The notes beneath the pieces were generated by a model that ran no database searches, was not told where the DNA came from, and saw only the letters and a list, made by a program, of their open reading frames with translations. A stretch of DNA of 64,000 nt from Lytechinus pictus (taxonomy: Eukaryota), in contig NC_087251.1 of NCBI RefSeq assembly GCF_037042905.1, positions 3,536,001 through 3,600,000 of the forward strand, given 5' to 3'. Positions 28,300 to 40,592 of this stretch are shown here, one piece after another (within the stretch, counting starts at the first letter, position 1; every line of letters starts with the position of its first letter). Both the position numbers and the translations under genes were made by a program.

Positions 28300-28686
28300 T
28301 ATTACACGTGCTATATGTTATATGTATTCCAAGTATTTTACTTTGGTGGGGGCTCGTAATAAATTCGCCGCTAAATCAAGCAAATTGATCTTTATTAATT
28401 TCTTCATCGATCTAGTGGTGAACATTGATTCATCGGTGCATCGACGTATATAGCACGTGCTCTATGTATATAAATGCCATGAAACTATTTTACTTTGGTG
28501 GGGGCTGGTAATAAATTCGCCGCTGATAGAAATCAACTTTTAACGTCTTAAAGTAAATTGATCTTCATTTATCTCTTTATCGATCTAGGGATGAACATTG
28601 GTGCACAGGAAAGGGGGACAGGGTCTATAAGATGCCCCCAAAAGTAGGGATTGCATCTAACTACATAGCACGTGCTATGTATATGT
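28300..28686 (-). repeat. Decayed satellite monomers in the centre of the element (right-arm orientation)
   Basis: Recognisable motifs taataaattcgccgcta, ttgatctttattaat, catcgatctag..gtgaacattggtgcacag, gggtcta..gatgcccc, with many substitutions and deletions. Confidence 0.85.
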
Positions 28687-29808
28687 CAGTGGCGCACCGT
28701 GGGTCACGGCACTAGGGGGGGGGGGGCACCCGTAAAAATTTCGAGTCACATAGTGAGCGCGCAAAGCGCGCTCAGTTGCCAGATATACTGACCTAATAGA
28801 GGTGCCATTAAACGGATATATATCTCACTGATCAAATAATCCAAGCGCGAGCTGATTTTTTTTTATATTCATACCTAAAAAGGGACATAACAAGCCAATT
28901 TTTGTAATCATGATACGTACCTGTCTCCCTATGAAACAAATCAATGCGAGCTGAAAGTTTTGTATTAACCCCAAACAGAGATATTTCAAATTAAAACGAC
29001 ATTTTAGTAATTCATTAAGGGTATGCATGTCTTACCATAGTCATCTAATGCGAGTGCCAAGTGCTTGCTGATTTTGTTAAAATTACATCCAAAACAGAAG
29101 CACTTGTAGTCATTGTAATCATGACAAACGCATATAACTAATCAAATATTGCGAGCGCGAAGCGCGAGCTGAAAATTTAGGAAATTCAGACGTCCCGGGG
29201 AGGATTTAAGGCTTGTTTGCAGGAATTCACGAAGATCATACGTGTTTCACTAACCAAAGAATGCAAGCACGAAGCGGGAGCTAAAAATGTTTGATATTCA
29301 GATCAGAAAAAGGGACATTTTAAGGTCGGACTGATTCGCGGAATTCATGAAGAGCAGACATATTTCACTAATCCACTAATGCGAACGTAAGCACGGACAG
29401 GAAATGTTTTATATGAAGAACTTATAATGAGACAATCACTTTAAGTATAGTCATGAAAAAGAGTCATATGTCACTACATAAAACAATAATAACTCGAAGT
29501 GCGAGGAAATATATTTGGTGTATATTGCCCGTGTATATTGACTTGAACACGGAAGGTTTAAGTGCAACAAGATTATATATCTCGTTAAACAGACGATGGG
29601 AGCACCAGGAACAATAAAGACATAAAGTTATGAAAAAATGTTTCTTATGTAATATACCATAATTATGATATAATTTAACCTTATAATGAACAAGGATTTC
29701 TTATTTCCAACTGAGTTCCTCTTCCTTTTTTCCTTTTTTTTTTTTTGGGGGGGGGGCAGCCGATGGGGGGCACATGCAAACCCCGCCCCCTCCCATAGTT
29801 CGGCACTG
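28687..29808. mobile_element. hAT-like MITE (1.12 kb) interrupting a decayed monomer
   Basis: Ends CAGTGGCGCACC ... TAGTTCGGCACTG (imperfect TIR), G-run subtermini and internal gcgagcgcgaagcgcgagc motifs. The flanks rejoin as satellite sequence (atatgt|attccaac). No TSD visible. Confidence 0.7.
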
Positions 29809-30034
29809 ATTCCAACTATTTTACTTTGGTGGCGGCCGCTGGTAATAAATTCGCCGCTAATCGAAATCACCTTTTCATGTCTTGAAAATCATTTGATTTG
29901 ATCTTCATTAATCTTTTCATCGATCTAGGGGTGAACATTGGTGCACAGAAAAGGGGGACGGGGTCTACGATGCCCCGAAAGATGGGGGTGCATTGACGTA
30001 AATATAGCCGCGTGCTATGTATTATATACGTGTA
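29809..30034 (-). repeat. Diverged satellite monomer (right-arm orientation)
   Basis: One ~226-bp monomer ending tatacgtgta directly before the inner inverted repeat. Confidence 0.88.
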
Positions 30035-30743
30035 TAAACATTGATCAATATCAAAGTGAAACCCATTTCCATAACTATTCAAAAGAAGTAACAAAAAAAA
30101 AACACGAAACATTGTCCATATCTTTTGATTAAAAAAAAAAAATTCATACACGTTTGCAAGGAGGGTACAGGTGCTAATTTGAAAACATTTCTTCAGCTAT
30201 TTCAATTTGATCATTAATTCTTTATACATGTTTAAACGAGATAACCATAAAATCGCGTGCCAAGAAAATGGAATTGAATTTGGCTATTGAAATGCTAATC
30301 TCATAGGTCACTTAAATTAGTTGAAGTGCATTATTACATCATTAAGTCGGTTGATATATTGACGAAATTGGAGGAAAATCTATAAGAATGATAATAATAG
30401 TAACAATAATTAAAATTCAATAATGCAATTTATTTAGCGATTCATACATCGGAACGATGTTAAGCGCACTACGGATGCCATTATACTAATTACAGCAAGA
30501 ATGCAAAAGATATTCATTCGACCCAACCCATTCGATTTTTCTATAATATGATATTGATGGTTAACAAAACTTGAAAAGTGCATGAATATGATTAAAAATC
30601 TAACACTGATTCTAAAAATGGTAACTACTGAACTTCCTTTGCCCGAATTGGGAAGATATATCAATGACTTTGGAACTATTTTTTTTACTGTGGCGGAAGA
30701 ATTAGGGCTATTTTACCGTTTCAATTGACGAATTTGATAGTTG
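30035..30743 (-). repeat. Inner inverted repeat, right copy (~700 bp)
   Basis: Reverse complement of 27420-28118. Confidence 0.92.
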
Positions 30744-33700
30744 AATTCCAACAATTCCACTTTGGTCTGGTAATAAATTCGCCGCTAATCGAAATCACCA
30801 TTTTATGTCTTGAAAATCAACCAAATTGATCTTTATTAATCACTTCATCGATCTAGGGGTGAACATTGGTGCACAGAAAAGGGGGACGGGGTCTACGATG
30901 CCCCGAAAGGTAGGGGGTGCAAGGACGAAAATATAGCGCGTGCTATATATGTATTATATACGTGTATTCCAACAATTCCACTTTGGTCTGGTAATAAATT
31001 CGCCGCTAATCGAAATCACAATTTTACGTCTTGAAAATCAACCAAATTGATCTTTATCAATCACTTCATCGATCTAGGGGTGAACATTGGTGCACAGAAA
31101 AAGGGGACGGGGTCTACGATGCCCCGAAAGGTGGGGGTGCATTGACGAAAATACGGCGCCTGCTATTATGGCGTGCTATATATATTATGTACGTGTATAT
31201 TCCAACAATTCCACTTTGGTCTGGTAATAAATTCGCCGCTAATCGAAATCACCATTTTATGTCTTGAAAATCAACCAAATTGATCTTTATTAATCACTTC
31301 ATCGATCTAGGGGTGAACATTGGTGCACAGAAAAGGGGGACGGGGTCTACGATGCCCCGAAAGGTAGGGGGTGCAAGGACGAAAATATAGCGCGTGCTAT
31401 ATATGTATTATATACGTGTATTCCAACAATTCCACTTTGGTCTGGTAATAAATTCGCCGCTAATCGAAATCACAATTTTACGTCTTGAAAATCAACCAAA
31501 TTGATCTTTATCAATCACTTCATCGATCTAGGGGTGAACATTGGTGCACAGAAAAAGGGGACGGGGTCTACGATGCCCCGAAAGGTGGGGGTGCATTGAC
31601 GAAAATACGGCGCCTGCTATTATGGCGTGCTATATATATTATGTACGTGTATATTCCAACAATTCCACTTTGGTCTGGTAATAAATTCGCCGCTAATCGA
31701 AATCACCATTTTATGTCTTGAAAATCAACCAAATTGATCTTTATTAATCACTTCATCGATCTAGGGGTGAACATTGGTGCACAGAAAAGGGGGACGGGGT
31801 CTACGATGCCCCGAAAGGTAGGGGGTGCAAGGACGAAAATATAGCGCGTGCTATATATGTATTATATACGTGTATTCCAACAATTCCACTTTGGTCTGGT
31901 AATAAATTCGCCGCTAATCGAAATCACAATTTTACGTCTTGAAAATCAACCAAATTGATCTTTATCAATCACTTCATCGATCTAGGGGTGAACATTGGTG
32001 CACAGAAAAAGGGGACGGGGTCTACGATGCCCCGAAAGGTGGGGGTGCATTGACGAAAATACGGCGCCTGCTATTATGGCGTGCTATATATATTATGTAC
32101 GTGTATATTCCAACAATTCCACTTTGGTCTGGTAATAAATTCGCCGCTAATCGAAATCACCATTTTATGTCTTGAAAATCAACCAAATTGATCTTTATTA
32201 ATCACTTCATCGATCTAGGGGTGAACATTGGTGCACAGAAAAGGGGGACGGGGTCTACGATGCCCCGAAAGGTAGGGGGTGCAAGGACGAAAATATAGCG
32301 CGTGCTATATATGTATTATATACGTGTATTCCAACAATTCCACTTTGGTCTGGTAATAAATTCGCCGCTAATCGAAATCACAATTTTACGTCTTGAAAAT
32401 CAACCAAATTGATCTTTATCAATCACTTCATCGATCTAGGGGTGAACATTGGTGCACAGAAAAAGGGGACGGGGTCTACGATGCCCCGAAAGGTGGGGGT
32501 GCATTGACGAAAATACGGCGCCTGCTATTATGGCGTGCTATATATATTATGTACGTGTATATTCCAACAATTCCACTTTGGTCTGGTAATAAATTCGCCG
32601 CTAATCGAAATCACCATTTTATGTCTTGAAAATCAACCAAATTGATCTTTATTAATCACTTCATCGATCTAGGGGTGAACATTGGTGCACAGAAAAGGGG
32701 GACGGGGTCTACGATGCCCCGAAAGGTAGGGGGTGCAAGGACGAAAATATAGCGCGTGCTATATATGTATTATATACGTGTATTCCAACAATTCCACTTT
32801 GGTCTGGTAATAAATTCGCCGCTAATCGAAATCACAATTTTACGTCTTGAAAATCAACCAAATTGATCTTTATCAATCACTTCATCGATCTAGGGGTGAA
32901 CATTGGTGCACAGAAAAAGGGGACGGGGTCTACGATGCCCCGAAAGGTGGGGGTGCATTGACGAAAATACGGCGCCTGCTATTATGGCGTGCTATATATA
33001 TTATGTACGTGTATATTCCAACAATTCCACTTTGGTCTGGTAATAAATTCGCCGCTAATCGAAATCACCATTTTATGTCTTGAAAATCAACCAAATTGAT
33101 CTTTATTAATCACTTCATCGATCTAGGGGTGAACATTGGTGCACAGAAAAGGGGGACGGGGTCTACGATGCCCCGAAAGGTAGGGGGTGCAATTAAGGAC
33201 GAAAATATAGCGCGTGCTATATATGTATTATATACGTGTATTCCAACAATTCCACTTTGGTCTGGTAATAAATTCGCCGCTAATCGAAATCACAATTTTA
33301 CGTCTTGAAAATCAACCAAATTGATCTTTATCAATCACTTCATCGATCTAGGGGTGAACATTGGTGCACAGAAAAAGGGGACGGGGTCTACGATGCCCCG
33401 AAAGGTGGGGGTGCATTGACGAAAATACGGCGCCTGCTATTATGGCGTGCTATATATATTATGTACGTGTATATTCCAACAATTCCACTTTGGTCTGGTA
33501 ATAAATTCGCCGCTAATCGAAATCACCATTTTATGTCTTGAAAATCAACCAAATTGATCTTTATTAATCACTTCATCGATCTAGGGGTGAACATTGGTGC
33601 ACAGAAAAGGGGGACGGGGTCTACGATGCCCCGAAAGGTAGGGGGTGCAAGGACGAAAATATAGCGCGTGCTATATATGTATTATATACGTGTATTCCAA

Positions 33701-36700
33701 CAATTCCACTTTGGTCTGGTAATAAATTCGCCGCTAATCGAAATCACAATTTTACGTCTTGAAAATCAACCAAATTGATCTTTATCAATCACTTCATCGA
33801 TCTAGGGGTGAACATTGGTGCACAGAAAAAGGGGACGGGGTCTACGATGCCCCGAAAGGTGGGGGTGCATTGACGAAAATACGGCGCCTGCTATTATGGC
33901 GTGCTATATATATTATGTACGTGTATATTCCAACAATTCCACTTTGGTCTGGTAATAAATTCGCCGCTAATCGAAATCACCATTTTATGTCTTGAAAATC
34001 AACCAAATTGATCTTTATTAATCACTTCATCGATCTAGGGGTGAACATTGGTGCACAGAAAAGGGGGACGGGGTCTACGATGCCCCGAAAGGTAGGGGGT
34101 GCAAGGACGAAAATATAGCGCGTGCTATATATGTATTATATACGTGTATTCCAACAATTCCACTTTGGTCTGGTAATAAATTCGCCGCTAATCGAAATCA
34201 CAATTTTACGTCTTGAAAATCAACCAAATTGATCTTTATCAATCACTTCATCGATCTAGGGGTGAACATTGGTGCACAGAAAAAGGGGACGGGGTCTACG
34301 ATGCCCCGAAAGGTGGGGGTGCATTGACGAAAATACGGCGCCTGCTATTATGGCGTGCTATATATATTATGTACGTGTATATTCCAACAATTCCACTTTG
34401 GTCTGGTAATAAATTCGCCGCTAATCGAAATCACCATTTTATGTCTTGAAAATCAACCAAATTGATCTTTATTAATCACTTCATCGATCTAGGGGTGAAC
34501 ATTGGTGCACAGAAAAGGGGGACGGGGTCTACGATGCCCCGAAAGGTAGGGGGTGCAAGGACGAAAATATAGCGCGTGCTATATATGTATTATATACGTG
34601 TATTCCAACAATTCCACTTTGGTCTGGTAATAAATTCGCCGCTAATCGAAATCACAATTTTACGTCTTGAAAATCAACCAAATTGATCTTTATCAATCAC
34701 TTCATCGATCTAGGGGTGAACATTGGTGCACAGAAAAAGGGGACGGGGTCTACGATGCCCCGAAAGGTGGGGGTGCATTGACGAAAATACGGCGCCTGCT
34801 ATTATGGCGTGCTATATATATTATGTACGTGTATATTCCAACAATTCCACTTTGGTCTGGTAATAAATTCGCCGCTAATCGAAATCACCATTTTATGTCT
34901 TGAAAATCAACCAAATTGATCTTTATTAATCACTTCATCGATCTAGGGGTGAACATTGGTGCACAGAAAAGGGGGACGGGGTCTACGATGCCCCGAAAGG
35001 TAGGGGGTGCAAGGACGAAAATATAGCGCGTGCTATATATGTATTATATACGTGTATTCCAACAATTCCACTTTGGTCTGGTAATAAATTCGCCGCTAAT
35101 CGAAATCACAATTTTACGTCTTGAAAATCAACCAAATTGATCTTTATCAATCACTTCATCGATCTAGGGGTGAACATTGGTGCACAGAAAAAGGGGACGG
35201 GGTCTACGATGCCCCGAAAGGTGGGGGTGCATTGACGAAAATACGGCGCCTGCTATTATGGCGTGCTATATATATTATGTACGTGTATATTCCAACAATT
35301 CCACTTTGGTCTGGTAATAAATTCGCCGCTAATCGAAATCACCATTTTATGTCTTGAAAATCAACCAAATTGATCTTTATTAATCACTTCATCGATCTAG
35401 GGGTGAACATTGGTGCACAGAAAAGGGGGACGGGGTCTACGATGCCCCGAAAGGTAGGGGGTGCAAGGACGAAAATATAGCGCGTGCTATATATGTATTA
35501 TATACGTGTATTCCAACAATTCCACTTTGGTCTGGTAATAAATTCGCCGCTAATCGAAATCACAATTTTACGTCTTGAAAATCAACCAAATTGATCTTTA
35601 TCAATCACTTCATCGATCTAGGGGTGAACATTGGTGCACAGAAAAAGGGGACGGGGTCTACGATGCCCCGAAAGGTGGGGGTGCATTGACGAAAATACGG
35701 CGCCTGCTATTATGGCGTGCTATATATATTATGTACGTGTATATTCCAACAATTCCACTTTGGTCTGGTAATAAATTCGCCGCTAATCGAAATCACCATT
35801 TTATGTCTTGAAAATCAACCAAATTGATCTTTATTAATCACTTCATCGATCTAGGGGTGAACATTGGTGCACAGAAAAGGGGGACGGGGTCTACGATGCC
35901 CCGAAAGGTAGGGGGTGCAATTAAGGACGAAAATATAGCGCGTGCTATATATGTATTATATACGTGTATTCCAACAATTCCACTTTGGTCTGGTAATAAA
36001 TTCGCCGCTAATCGAAATCACAATTTTACGTCTTGAAAATCAACCAAATTGATCTTTATCAATCACTTCATCGATCTAGGGGTGAACATTGGTGCACAGA
36101 AAAAGGGGACGGGGTCTACGATGCCCCGAAAGGTGGGGGTGCATTGACGAAAATACGGCGCCTGCTATTATGGCGTGCTATATATATTATGTACGTGTAT
36201 ATTCCAACAATTCCACTTTGGTCTGGTAATAAATTCGCCGCTAATCGAAATCACCATTTTATGTCTTGAAAATCAACCAAATTGATCTTTATTAATCACT
36301 TCATCGATCTAGGGGTGAACATTGGTGCACAGAAAAGGGGGACGGGGTCTACGATGCCCCGAAAGGTAGGGGGTGCAAGGACGAAAATATAGCGCGTGCT
36401 ATATATGTATTATATACGTGTATTCCAACAATTCCACTTTGGTCTGGTAATAAATTCGCCGCTAATCGAAATCACAATTTTACGTCTTGAAAATCAACCA
36501 AATTGATCTTTATCAATCACTTCATCGATCTAGGGGTGAACATTGGTGCACAGAAAAAGGGGACGGGGTCTACGATGCCCCGAAAGGTGGGGGTGCATTG
36601 ACGAAAATACGGCGCCTGCTATTATGGCGTGCTATATATATTATGTACGTGTATATTCCAACAATTCCACTTTGGTCTGGTAATAAATTCGCCGCTAATC

Positions 36701-37848
36701 GAAATCACCATTTTATGTCTTGAAAATCAACCAAATTGATCTTTATTAATCACTTCATCGATCTAGGGGTGAACATTGGTGCACAGAAAAGGGGGACGGG
36801 GTCTACGATGCCCCGAAAGGTAGGGGGTGCAAGGACGAAAATATAGCGCGTGCTATATATGTATTATATACGTGTATTCCAACAATTCCACTTTGGTCTG
36901 GTAATAAATTCGCCGCTAATCGAAATCACAATTTTACGTCTTGAAAATCAACCAAATTGATCTTTATCAATCACTTCATCGATCTAGGGGTGAACATTGG
37001 TGCACAGAAAAAGGGGACGGGGTCTACGATGCCCCGAAAGGTGGGGGTGCATTGACGAAAATACGGCGCCTGCTATTATGGCGTGCTATATATATTATGT
37101 ACGTGTATATTCCAACAATTCCACTTTGGTCTGGTAATAAATTCGCCGCTAATCGAAATCACCATTTTATGTCTTGAAAATCAACCAAATTGATCTTTAT
37201 TAATCACTTCATCGATCTAGGGGTGAACATTGGTGCACAGAAAAGGGGGACGGGGTCTACGATGCCCCGAAAGGTAGGGGGTGCAAGGACGAAAATATAG
37301 CGCGTGCTATATATGTATTATATACGTGTATTCCAACAATTCCACTTTGGTCTGGTAATAAATTCGCCGCTAATCGAAATCACAATTTTACGTCTTGAAA
37401 ATCAACCAAATTGATCTTTATCAATCACTTCATCGATCTAGGGGTGAACATTGGTGCACAGAAAAGGGGGACGGGGTCTACGATGCCCCGAAAGGTGGGG
37501 GTGCATTGACGAAAATACGGCGCCTGCTATTATGGCGTGCTATATATATTATGTACGTGTATATTCCAACAATTCCACTTTGGTCTGGTAATAAATTCGC
37601 CGCTAATCGAAATCACCATTTTATGTCTTGAAAATCAACCAAATTGATCTTTATTAATCACTTCATCGATCTAGGGGTGAACATTGGTGCACAGAAAAGG
37701 GGGACGGGGTCTACGATGCCCCGAAAGGTAGGGGGTGCAAGGACGAAAATATAGCGCGTGCTATATATGTATTATATACGTGTATTCCAACAATTCCACT
37801 TTGGTCTGGTAATAAATTCGCCGCTAATCGAAATCACAATTTTACGTC
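30744..37848 (-). repeat. Satellite array in opposite orientation, 454-bp dimeric higher-order repeat (221 + 233 bp), ~15.5 copies
   Basis: Identical 78-aa pseudo-ORFs recur every 454 bp (31031, 31485, 31939...). Sub-monomer starts ttgaaaatc at 30810, 31031 and 31264. Both sub-monomers are reverse-complement homologues of the 227-bp unit. Confidence 0.97.
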
Positions 37849-38869
37849 TTGAAAATCAACCAAATTGATCTTTATTAATCACTTCATCGATCTAGGGGTG
37901 AACATTAATTGGTGCACAGAAAAAGGGAACGGGGTCTACGATGCCCCGAAAGGTGGGGGTGCATTGACGAAAATACGGCACTTGCTATTATGGCGTGCTA
38001 TATTATGTACGTGTATTCCAACAATTCCGGTTTGGTCTGGTAATAAATTCGCCGCTAATCGAAATCAGGATTTTATTTCTTGAAAATCAACCAAATTGGT
38101 CTTTATTAATCAGTTCATCGATCTAGGGGTGAACATTGGTGCACAGAAAAGGGGGACGGGGTCTACGATGCCCCGAAAGGTGGGCGTGCATTGACGAAAA
38201 TACGGCACTTGCTATTATGGCGTGCTATATTATGTACGTGTATTCAAGCAATTCCGCTTTGGTCTGGTAATAAATTCGCCGCTAATCGAAATCAGGATTT
38301 TATTTCTTGGAAATCAACCAAATTGATCTTTATTAATCAGTTCATCGATCTAGGGGTGAACATTGGTGCACAGAAAAGGGGGACGGGGTCTACGATGCCC
38401 CGAAAGGTGGGGGTGCATTGACGAAAATACGGCACTTGCTATTATGGCGTGCTATATTATGTACGTGTATTCCAACAATTCCGCTTTGGTCTGGTAATAA
38501 ATTCGCCCCTAATCAAAATCACAATTTTATGTCTTGAAAATCAACCAAATTGATCTTTATTAATCACTTCATCGGTCTAGGGGTGAACATTGGTGCACAG
38601 CAAAAGGGGACGGGGTCTACGGTGCCCCGAAATGTCGGGGTGCGTTGACGAAAATATCGCGCGCGCTATGTGTGTACGTGTATTCCAACATTTTTGCTTT
38701 GGTGGCCGGGAGCTGGTAATAAATTAGCCGCTAATCGAAAATAACATTTTATGTCATGAAAATTAACCAGAGTTATCTTCATTAATCACTTCATCGATTT
38801 AGGGGTGAATTTTAAATGGCGCACAAAAAAGGGGACGGCGTCTAAGATGCCCCGAAACGCAGGTAGTGC
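37849..38869 (-). repeat. About 4.5 left-type satellite monomers, part of the right TIR
   Basis: The sequence switches to the left-arm haplotype (ggcacttgc, aaatcaggattttatttct) and mirrors 4358-5065 plus the first monomer after 6607. Confidence 0.9.
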
Positions 38870-40169
38870 TTCAAAGTTGTTATGTAATTTTTTCTGAGAA
38901 TTTAATGTGGTCTACCCCCCCCCCCCTGTTCCAAGGCCCATGCGAGAGGGACTGATCTTTCATATGAAATTTATTAACTGATGCATTTTATTTAGGGAAT
39001 AAGCAAAAACTATATTGATTCACATAGGAAACTCAGAACACATAAAATGGTTGCATACTCCGCGCTGGAAATAGGATGGGAGGTCGGGTGTCCGGACACT
39101 TTATATTTTTGAAGCCTTCTTTTTTGTCTTTGGATTACACTAAAAATATGAATTCAATAGCTGTAATCATCTTCTGTTGTGTTCTTTATATTGTTTCCTA
39201 ACATTTTGTACTAAAAATTGATGAAACTTCGATCGCTTGTAAATTTTTCAAAATGACTTTCTAAAATTGATCGTCCGGACACACAACCTGTCCGGACACA
39301 CAACAACTGGGTATAGTTATTAATAAGAGTTGAATTTACAAAAGAGAATCCGGAAGCAATCATCAAACTCTGATACTGAATTTTGAAGTAAGCAGTATTT
39401 TGTGAAAATAAAATGCACGCAGTCATAACTATCTATTTGAAGTGATCATGATGACGTGTTCCAACTTCGTTTTGCTTATAAAATGCTCTTGCATGAAATC
39501 ATCTTTTAATCATGTGATGTCTCTTATTAAAATAATGTCCATAAATTAATGAGAAAATGCATTAAATAGTTTTAATACAATATTTGTAATTCTATATAGG
39601 AGGAGGAAATTTGAATAATCATGAATTCATGTGATTAAAAAAGTGGGAATATACAGGAGAGATTACTTTTCTCCATTGAATGTTAAAGAAGAAATGCATA
39701 TAGAACTGGCCGAAATGCGGATCTTTAAAATATCATAACTCTATTAACCTTGTCCGATATTGTTTACATTTTACCAACTTTGTTTGATTCTTCTTCATCT
39801 GTATTATTTTCAGCTGCACTCATGCCATATAGAAACATACTCCATTCAATTCTTAATGATTATATTCAAATCAGTCATATACTAATATTTGAAGCAATCA
39901 TAATGTGGAATAGTGCATTATGGAAGTTCCATATTTTCAATCATCTGTAAGTTCCGGTAACTATGCCTTTTTACTATACTATTTCCGTGCGCATTATGAC
40001 AATATTCGAGACGTTTGAGAATTTAAGCTGTATTTAGGGTCTGCGACTAATAGACTACGCACACGGTGTAGGGCGGTTTGTATCGCGATAGCTCTGTGCG
40101 CTGGATTTGTGCGCTGGCTTGCTTCAATATATTCTGTGCGCTGGGTTTGTGCGCTGGCTTCAGCCTGGT
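38870..40169 (-). repeat. Right unique terminal inverted repeat of the giant element (~1.3 kb)
   Basis: Reverse complement of 3060-4357. Confidence 0.95.
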
Positions 40170-40178
40170 ACACACGTC

Positions 40179-40560
40179 CACACACAACGTACCGTGAAGG
40201 ATCATCATATATCATCGATACCTCGGCGAAATGCATTGCAGCAAACGTTAAACTTTTAAGGCCCACAACACTGGCCAGGAACGACAGTCAACATGTCACT
40301 TTAATTCACTTGGAATTTGTAGTAAGTAAGGAACCACTCATGTGATTTTTGCTGTCATAATCAGAGGACAATTTAGATAACGATTGAGTTGTTGGTAAGA
40401 CTAAGAGTGCAGTCTGCAAAAATTAATATTTGTTCCTTATCCGAGTCCGAGCTCTCCGGCCGCGTCAACGTCAGCGGAGCCGAGAGGCGAGAATGGAATG
40501 CGGGCCGAATGCATAAACTAAGACCTAAACTTGGTTAGGCCTAGGCCTAGTAACTAACAG
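40179..40560 (+). promoter_or_regulatory. Possible promoter / non-coding first exon region of the Smaug-like gene
   Basis: Locally CpG-retaining, non-repetitive-looking sequence with candidate donors (gtaagt ~40322, gtaaga ~40395), 11 kb upstream of the coding exon. Inference only. Confidence 0.3.
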
Positions 40561-40592
40561 TAAACACAGTTACTCCTGCGACATTGGTATGG

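Larger units (their letters stand above)
3060..40169. mobile_element. Giant non-autonomous foldback-type (MULE/FB-like) DNA transposon carrying inverted satellite arrays
   Basis: The left end ACCAGGCTGAAGCCAGCGCAC (3060) is the reverse complement of the right end GTGCGCTGGCTTCAGCCTGGT (to 40169). An identical 9-mer ACACACGTC flanks both ends (3051-3059; 40170-40178). The arms are inverted copies from the termini inward to 28118/30035. No long ORF inside. Superfamily assignment is inferred from the 9-bp TSD and long modular TIRs only. Confidence 0.93.

Noticed and set aside
31031..37631. Fifteen identical 78-aa ORFs (MKINQIDLYQ...) suggesting a tandem gene array
   Set aside because: They are translations of the 454-bp satellite dimer, start at TTG, resemble no protein family I recognise, and are broken in the homologous 227-bp monomers.
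3060..40169. Polinton/Maverick or autonomous transposon, or a simple assembly-induced inverted duplication
   Set aside because: No polymerase, integrase or transposase ORF, and the TSD is 9 bp rather than 6. The arms differ in haplotype, unit structure and insertions and are bounded by a TSD, which argues against a read-chimera artefact.
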